A stretch of 64,000 nucleotides of DNA from Candidatus Thorarchaeota archaeon (GTDB taxonomy: Archaea > Asgardarchaeota > Thorarchaeia > Thorarchaeales > Thorarchaeaceae). Below the pieces are notes generated by a model. It was given only the letters and a program-made list of their open reading frames with translations. It ran no database searches and was not told the origin of the DNA. A program made the position numbers and the translations under genes. This document shows positions 57,970-64,000 of this stretch, piece by piece. Numbering within the stretch: the first letter of the stretch is position 1; each line of letters starts with the position of its first letter. The DNA lies in the NCBI GenBank assembly GCA_048882485.1, contig JBHLRP010000013.1, forward strand, positions 1 to 64,000, given 5' to 3'.

Positions 57970-59358
57970 ATGGTCGAGTTGGATTTAATCGTCAAAAACG
58001 GGAAGATTGTGACGGTTTCTGATACATACTCTGCAGATATTGGTATAAGTGAAGGCAAGATTGTGACCATTGCACAAGATCTGCCATCTAATGGTGCAAA
58101 GGTTGTTGATACCACGGGGATGTACATATTCCCTGGGGGCATAGATGTACACGTCCACTTCCAGCTGCCATTCTCAGGGACAATTTCAGCTGATGACTTT
58201 GAGAATGGAACAAAAGCTGCAGCCTGTGGCGGAGTGACTACAGTTCTTGATTTCGCCATTCAGACAAAGGGAAGCTCAATTATGGAGGCCATTGACGCAC
58301 GAAGAGCTGAAGCAGATTCAAAGGTATGCGTGGACTATGGCCTACATGCGGCGATAACTGATTGGAACGACAAGACACAAGCAGAGATCAAGAAAGTGAT
58401 AGACTATGGAATTCCGACCTTCAAGATGTTCATGATCTACAAGAACGAGGGCTGGATGGCCGATGATGGGATGCTGTTCAAGGCACTCGAAGAGACCTCC
58501 AAGCTCGGCGGTCACATCGGAGTCCATGCTGAGAGCGTGGATGTTCTTGATATGCTGATTGAGAGGTATGCAAAGGAGAAGGAGAAGTGGGGAGCGTACG
58601 GACATACTCTCTCTAGGCCGTGCTATACTGAGCAGGAGGCAATCATTCGGGCGATTAAGTGGGCAGAGGTGACGGGCGGTCAGCTCTATATTGTGCATAT
58701 GTCCACAGGAGAGGGTGCTGATGCAGTACATCTGGCCAGGCAAAAAGGGGTCAGAGTGTATGCAGAAACTTGTCCACAGTATTTGCTCTTGGATGATGAA
58801 GTCTTCAAAGGTGAGAATGGACACCTATATGCTACATGTCCTCAAATCAAGAAACCGCATGACAGTGAACGACTCTGGCAGGGACTGATGACCGGAGATG
58901 TTCAGATTGTGGCAACTGACACTTGCACATTCACAACCGAGCAGAAGGCAGCTTGGAATGGGGACTTCACGAAGATTCCGTTTGGGATGCCGGGCGTTGA
59001 AACCATGATTCCACTCATGTACACAGAAGGAGTGGGGAAGCGTGGCTTCACCGTCAATCAGTTGGTTGCTCTTGTCAGTACGAATCCAGCAAAGCTCTTC
59101 GGAATGTATCCAGAGAAAGGAACCATCGCCATTGGTAGTGACGCAGACCTGTTGGTGTTTGACCCAGAAAAGAAAGTCACAATCAAAGCTGAGAATCTGC
59201 AGACCAACTGTGATTGGAGCCCATATGAGGGGTGGAAACTGGCGGGATACCCCGCAGTTACTATATCCAGAGGGAGAGTAATTGCTGAGGATGGGAAGTT
59301 CGTGGGTGAGGTTGGATATGGGAGATTCCTGAAGCGGAAACCATTCGGACGGCTCTGA
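57970..59358 (+). CDS. hydA: Dihydropyrimidinase
   Basis: PGGIDVHVH, FKMFM, VHAE, VHMS, ETCPQYL; RBS before ATG 57970. Confidence 0.93.
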   Translation: MVELDLIVKNGKIVTVSDTYSADIGISEGKIVTIAQDLPSNGAKVVDTTGMYIFPGGIDVHVHFQLPFSGTISADDFENGTKAAACGGVTTVLDFAIQTKGSSIMEAIDARRAEADSKVCVDYGLHAAITDWNDKTQAEIKKVIDYGIPTFKMFMIYKNEGWMADDGMLFKALEETSKLGGHIGVHAESVDVLDMLIERYAKEKEKWGAYGHTLSRPCYTEQEAIIRAIKWAEVTGGQLYIVHMSTGEGADAVHLARQKGVRVYAETCPQYLLLDDEVFKGENGHLYATCPQIKKPHDSERLWQGLMTGDVQIVATDTCTFTTEQKAAWNGDFTKIPFGMPGVETMIPLMYTEGVGKRGFTVNQLVALVSTNPAKLFGMYPEKGTIAIGSDADLLVFDPEKKVTIKAENLQTNCDWSPYEGWKLAGYPAVTISRGRVIAEDGKFVGEVGYGRFLKRKPFGRL

Positions 59359-59364
59359 AAGCGT

Positions 59365-59844
59365 TCACTCCGATCCTATGTCCTCATTCCAGATGTCAGG
59401 ATTGTCGCAGGTAAACTGCTCCATCATCTCAAAACATCGCTCATCCTGCAGCACAACGACATGAACTCCACGACTTCTTACGTAGTCTTCAGGTCCCTGG
59501 AAGGTCTTATTCTCACCCACAATAATCACGGGGATTCCGTAGAGCAACGCTGCTCCACTGCACATGTCACACGGTGAGAGTGTGGAGTATAGTGTCGATC
59601 TCCTATAATCAGACGCAGAAAGACGCCCTGCATTCTCCAAGGCATCCATCTCAGCATGCAAGATGGCACTGCCTTTCTGCATCCGTTGATTGTGCCCTCG
59701 ACCGACAATTTCGCCATCCATAACCAAGACGGAGCCGATTGGGATTCCTCCAGCCGCCAGCCCTTTCTCAGCCTCAGCGATGGCTTCAGCCATAAATCGT
59801 TCCATTTCTTCTTCAGAGGGCATCTCCCTTTCCATTGGCATCAC
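59365..59844 (-). CDS. Cytosine deaminase (yeast Fcy1-like, CDA fold)
   Basis: GGIPIGSVL, HAE, SPCDMC, WNEDIG. Confidence 0.88.
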   Translation of the reverse strand: MMPMEREMPSEEEMERFMAEAIAEAEKGLAAGGIPIGSVLVMDGEIVGRGHNQRMQKGSAILHAEMDALENAGRLSASDYRRSTLYSTLSPCDMCSGAALLYGIPVIIVGENKTFQGPEDYVRSRGVHVVVLQDERCFEMMEQFTCDNPDIWNEDIGSE

Positions 59845-59975
59845 ACCTCTCGAATTGTGGGTTGGTAGGTTAAAGGTGTGGTGGATGCAAGAAAGGGTTG
59901 CTGAACGGTATTACATCTATCTAGGCAGAGCAAGTGAGCTTGTTTATTCTAACTTGAATCGAATTAGACTCCCGC

Positions 59976-60281
59976 CTATTCTGAAGTCCAAATAGGGTTC
60001 AGTTTGAATGCTTTGAAGTCCAAGCGAACCTCTTCAAGTTTCTTGGATAGCTCTGCATAGCGTTCATCTCTACGCAGTTGTTCTGTCTTGCTCTTGTAGT
60101 CAGACTCATCCTCGTACTTCGAAATATAGTAGACCTCATTTGGATCGTCAGCATTCTCCCAGAAGCCAAGGATGTCCACCTTGTATTTCTTGTAGATTCC
60201 CTCGAACTCCTCTCTTAGCTCGTCGAGTTCACCACGTTTCTCGTCTTTCGCTTTTTGGCGATATAGCATGTAGATAGCCAT
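59976..60281 (-). CDS. NIPSNAP-like dimeric alpha/beta barrel protein
   Basis: KKYKVDILGFW...VYYISKYED. Confidence 0.7.
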   Translation of the reverse strand: MAIYMLYRQKAKDEKRGELDELREEFEGIYKKYKVDILGFWENADDPNEVYYISKYEDESDYKSKTEQLRRDERYAELSKKLEEVRLDFKAFKLNPIWTSE

Positions 60282-60455
60282 TGTTATCACTGAACTAAAC
60301 AATAGTTAACTCCTTTTTATATCTTTTTGTTTCACTGTCAAAAAAGAGCGACAAAGGACCAGACACATACTCCCAAACGAGGCTCTGGTTCATGCCTTGG
60401 AGGATTAGTTGAAATATTATGAAGGCAAGTATTGATTCTCCGAGCTGGTGATTAA

Positions 60456-60902
60456 TTGAAAAAGAGGAATGAGGACATCGGCAGACGATGGTTCCTGGAG
60501 ATGTGGGGCAAGCCAGACCTTGCACTGGCTGATGAGCTTGTGGACAAAGACTACGATCCAAGCTGGGTTTCAATTGATGCCGTAGGTCCAGCCCAGATTA
60601 AGCATGAGATTAAGTATTTCAGGTCCGTATTTCCTGACTTGAAATATGAGATAGTAGACGTTCTTGGCACAGACGACAGAGTCTGGATAAGATACAAAGG
60701 AAAGGCAACTCACATGGGGAACGCCTGGGGATTCGAGCCCACTGAGAAGGAATTCGAGTATGAAGGTGCAACTATTCTGTACATTAGCCCAGAAGGGAAA
60801 GTCGTAGATCGATGGGGGGCATTCTGTTTCTACGACATTTTCATGGACTTGGGATTAGTCCCGCCATTCTGGGAATTGAGTAAGCACTTTGGAACAGGCT
60901 GA
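60456..60902 (+). CDS. SnoaL-like ester cyclase
   Basis: FRSVFPDL, ATHMG..GFEPT.K, GKVVDRW. Confidence 0.85.
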   Translation: MKKRNEDIGRRWFLEMWGKPDLALADELVDKDYDPSWVSIDAVGPAQIKHEIKYFRSVFPDLKYEIVDVLGTDDRVWIRYKGKATHMGNAWGFEPTEKEFEYEGATILYISPEGKVVDRWGAFCFYDIFMDLGLVPPFWELSKHFGTG

Positions 60903-60912
60903 TGAGAGTCAG

Positions 60913-61092
60913 TTAATTGCGAGTCCGCTCCCTTTCAGCAACCCATGCCAAGAAGAAAGGCCAGCCCAAAATGCCCCAGCCACCAAAGTAAGGAACTCCT
61001 GTTATCGCTTCAATAATCTCCATAGACAAGAGTATGACACCGATTACCAGAAGACTTGTGAAGAAGATGCGTTTCCATTGGGTCATGAGCAT
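60913..61092 (-). CDS. Unannotated 59-aa two-TM protein
   Basis: MLMTQWKRIFFTSLLVIGVILLSMEIIEAITGVPYFGGWGILGWPFFLAWVAERERTRN; fills the gap, below the ORF-track cutoff. Confidence 0.55.
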   Translation of the reverse strand: MLMTQWKRIFFTSLLVIGVILLSMEIIEAITGVPYFGGWGILGWPFFLAWVAERERTRN

Positions 61093-61162
61093 TCCTAGGC
61101 ATTAGTTGGTGATTTAAAATGCCGGACCACTGCAGAGGTCTGCTCTAATCAAAAGCCCGGGT

Positions 61163-61735
61163 CTATTCTTTGAGGGTCTTGCCAATTGACCAGGCGTCGC
61201 CAACTGAGTCACCAAGAGCCCAGTATTGGTCACCGGGTCGAATGAATACAAAAGGATTGATCTTTCTTAAATCAGGTACTCCATCAGTCATGGATTGCTC
61301 GTCTACATAAGCATGCTTTACTTCTCCAAGAAGCAACGATGTCGAGGGTAGTTCAACGATTTCATAAAGCGAGCATTCGGCTGTCACAGGACATTCTTTG
61401 ATCATGGGAACGTCCCCCAGCTCTCCAAAAAAGACATCGAAGGTTTCCGATTTATCGACTTCCCTCCCAGAGTAAATACCACAGAAGTCCACTCTATCAA
61501 CAATTTCCACAGTTGGAAAATTAATGCTGAACTTCTTGTTTTCCCTAACGCCTTCAAGCGTGTATTTCTTCTTGCCCATGGCAACACCCCAAATATTCGG
61601 ACGCCGATTCAAACGGTTGAACCAAGCAATGGTGTTAAAATTCGGACGATTGTTCACCATGGCACCAACAAGCACAATTGGCTTTGGGAATGGGGCAACA
61701 CTTGGATTGATCTCAATTTTGGACATGATATCCAA
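61163..61735 (-). CDS. Flavin reductase (flavoredoxin-like)
   Basis: PKPIVLVG, FSINFP, CGIYSGR..DK, PMIKECP. Confidence 0.9.
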   Translation of the reverse strand: MDIMSKIEINPSVAPFPKPIVLVGAMVNNRPNFNTIAWFNRLNRRPNIWGVAMGKKKYTLEGVRENKKFSINFPTVEIVDRVDFCGIYSGREVDKSETFDVFFGELGDVPMIKECPVTAECSLYEIVELPSTSLLLGEVKHAYVDEQSMTDGVPDLRKINPFVFIRPGDQYWALGDSVGDAWSIGKTLKE

Positions 61736-61814
61736 CTCGTATATGCATCTTGAGAAGGCATCTCCTTTTAGGCTACTCTTGTAAGCAAGTCAAAGCGGAG
61801 TATTCATCTGTGAG

Positions 61815-62591
61815 GTGGCACTCTTTCACTTGAGGCATGCTGGAGTGACTGATAGACTCAGCGAACTTGAACGAGTGCGTGAAGAGGTTAGGCAAGACCC
61901 CAAAAATGCGTCATCCGATACGCGGAAGTATTTCTGGAAGCTTGTTCGGCAGATAAAGAGAGAGCCGAGTCCCAATGAGGACGAGATTATCGTGGCTGCC
62001 GAGGTAAGGGACATTTTATTTGAGGCCATTCGAGGGAAGACCTATCCCTTGAGTTCAACCCTTGCAATCATGATAGTCATAGGACTGGCGCCGCTGCTTG
62101 CATATCTATGGCTTTTGCAGACACCGCTCATCTGGAACAACATTCTCAGTTGGACTTTAGCAGATGTCTGGCAAGTCATTCTCCGATTCATTTGTGTAAT
62201 GGGAGTAGTTGCTTTCTTCTATCCTATTGGACGTTTGATTGCAGGGAAAGCACTTGGAATACGGCTTGTGGGTATCTGTAGAGATGAGTACTATGAGCCT
62301 ACAATCAAGATTGACTACGTGACTTTTCTGAAGGCAACTCCGGCAAGACGAAAGTGGTTCTTCTTCTTTGCAGGCATTTGGACTGCTATCACTTCACTCA
62401 TTGTAGGAATGATAGGACTCGTCATTGGCGGCGACATAACCGGATTTCTGCCCGTGCTGTTCATCCTGCTCTTTGAGGGATATGTAGTATACAGTGGCAA
62501 TCCTAGTCCATCTAGAGGAGAGATGGGGCATTATAACAGGGAGAAGAAGATAGAGAGAGCATGGAGAAGGAAGCTGGCTGGCAGCAGCTAG
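61815..62591 (+). CDS. Hypothetical membrane protein
   Basis: Four TM segments, EPTIKIDY. Confidence 0.65.
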   Translation: MALFHLRHAGVTDRLSELERVREEVRQDPKNASSDTRKYFWKLVRQIKREPSPNEDEIIVAAEVRDILFEAIRGKTYPLSSTLAIMIVIGLAPLLAYLWLLQTPLIWNNILSWTLADVWQVILRFICVMGVVAFFYPIGRLIAGKALGIRLVGICRDEYYEPTIKIDYVTFLKATPARRKWFFFFAGIWTAITSLIVGMIGLVIGGDITGFLPVLFILLFEGYVVYSGNPSPSRGEMGHYNREKKIERAWRRKLAGSS

Positions 62592-62745
62592 GAAGCATCA
62601 ACTAGCCACAGACAAATCTTGAGCATGGCAACGATTTCTGAAGGCTGCTGGTGTAATAATATGCAGGTTTAAGCAATTGCAGCCGGGGGCAGAACAAATA
62701 AGGATACGCAAGCAAGTGTCTATTGCGTTTAGGAGGTCGCTGAGT

Positions 62746-63570
62746 TTGGAGTCAGAAGAGAAGCCAGAAGCTTCCAAAAACACTGTAATGCGTGTCTATG
62801 GTGTTTCAGGAAGTACTGTGAATAGTGGAATCGAAACCATCATGGGGATCCATCCTGGCAGAAAGTCCATTCATTCGAAAGAAACAGGAACTGTCACTGT
62901 GAAGTCAGAGATCTATAGACATCTTGAAGGAGCAGATTGCGCTGGGGGTGGTGGTGAATGTGACCTCCTTTTTCTCATCATTTTGGCAATAATAATGAGC
63001 GTCTTTGCTGTGGTCTGGTCTATTGTTATGATTGCATTCTCAATTGTGACGATTGGAGGCTTCGTGAGAAGACGCTTTCGCACGATTGTCATAATGGGAA
63101 GAGAGAATATTGAGTTCATAGGCAAGCTTTCGGTATTGGTGTTCCGTAAGAATGGAGTTTCTGATTACACCTTGGGAAATGTCCAGTATGACGAATGGAA
63201 AGAGGATATGTTTGGCCTCTTCATGAGACTGAAATATCTTAGGCAAGGCAGTCTTTTGCTTGCCTTTGGGTGGGGTATTGTTGAGATTGGGTTCAAACTG
63301 TATCAGATAGTCTTTGATCCCACTTTCGACTACTATCTTTGGCCTTTCAGATACGTGATGATTGTAGTGTTTGCACCTCTCATATTCTATAGCCCAGTTC
63401 TCGAGATGACGATGAGAGGGAAGTTCGATCAGGGACAGGACATTGTTGCCAGGATGGTCATGAACGAGCCAAGATACAATCCAGACCTAGCAATGACCTT
63501 TGACCATCAGCCAGTGATTGGAGAAAGTCTTCCTGCCTCCCTTGCTAGGGAAGACAATTCGGCCGCCTAG
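62746..63570 (+). CDS. Hypothetical membrane protein
   Basis: GGAGG RBS before TTG 62746; DCAGGGGECD before a TM helix. Confidence 0.65.
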   Translation: MESEEKPEASKNTVMRVYGVSGSTVNSGIETIMGIHPGRKSIHSKETGTVTVKSEIYRHLEGADCAGGGGECDLLFLIILAIIMSVFAVVWSIVMIAFSIVTIGGFVRRRFRTIVIMGRENIEFIGKLSVLVFRKNGVSDYTLGNVQYDEWKEDMFGLFMRLKYLRQGSLLLAFGWGIVEIGFKLYQIVFDPTFDYYLWPFRYVMIVVFAPLIFYSPVLEMTMRGKFDQGQDIVARMVMNEPRYNPDLAMTFDHQPVIGESLPASLAREDNSAA

Positions 63571-64000
63571 ATGATATAGGATATATGAGGAACTTCGATT
63601 CCGAGCAGTCGATAGTAGACTGTTATCTGTCCACGGTGATGGATAGAGTGCTCAATAGCCTCCAGGAGGATCTCAGCAGCTGTTGCAGGATGGCTAAACG
63701 AACTGATGGTCTTTTCGAGGTCGCTGTCACTCAACTGGTCCACATATTCGCGAGTTCTATCAAAGACACTTCGAGTCAATGCCTTCAGAGCATCCGCTGT
63801 CCCATATTCTTCAAGTGAGTAGGACAAGGGAGCCCATTCATTCCTTGTAAGGCCTTTTAGATAGAAGTCAATTGATCTAAGCATGTGAAGGAGGACTTCA
63901 CCTAGAGGCCGACCATCTTCGATAGGGGCCTTTGCTAGATCATCATCAACAACTTGATTGATGAGTGGTTGTGTTTCGTCAAGATGCCGTTTCAGAGCAC
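63567..64000 (-). CDS. DinB family protein (N-terminus outside window)
   Basis: GEVLLHM..., EHSIHHRGQI; frame stays open to the window end. Confidence 0.85.
   Translation of the reverse strand, partial: ALKRHLDETQPLINQVVDDDLAKAPIEDGRPLGEVLLHMLRSIDFYLKGLTRNEWAPLSYSLEEYGTADALKALTRSVFDRTREYVDQLSDSDLEKTISSFSHPATAAEILLEAIEHSIHHRGQITVYYRLLGIEVPHISYII

Overview
Gene-dense archaeal chromosome segment. GGAGGTGA ribosome-binding sites, BRE/TATA promoters, LRR and C-terminally anchored surface proteins suggest an Asgard archaeon such as Thorarchaeota; this is inference only. I found no rRNA, tRNA or CRISPR array. Housekeeping and scavenging genes include class II photolyase, extracellular nuclease, short AlaRS, DUF47-PiT, alkaline phosphatase, acyl-CoA dehydrogenase and a Zn-ferredoxin. 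Five things stand out. (1) A ~10 kb island (45626-55607) is bounded by a 44-bp inverted repeat, starts with a broken tyrosine integrase and splits a reductive pyrimidine catabolism cluster. (2) The island carries an ArsR/Acr3 arsenic locus joined to an unexplained lipoyl module: a DGC-GcvH fusion, two DGC proteins, an HdrA-N-like protein, a ferredoxin, thioredoxin-fold proteins, DUF5714 and two lipoate-ligase paralogues. (3) A Cys-rich PadR is divergent from arsM, with three palindromic operators between them. (4) Five tandem bPH_2 membrane proteins plus an unannotated 31-aa TM peptide lie divergent from an ABC exporter. (5) A G·U-rich, strand-specific ~70-nt hairpin RNA candidate is divergent from a Zn-finger/Regnase-like RNase. 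All family assignments come from motif recognition by eye; no database search was run.
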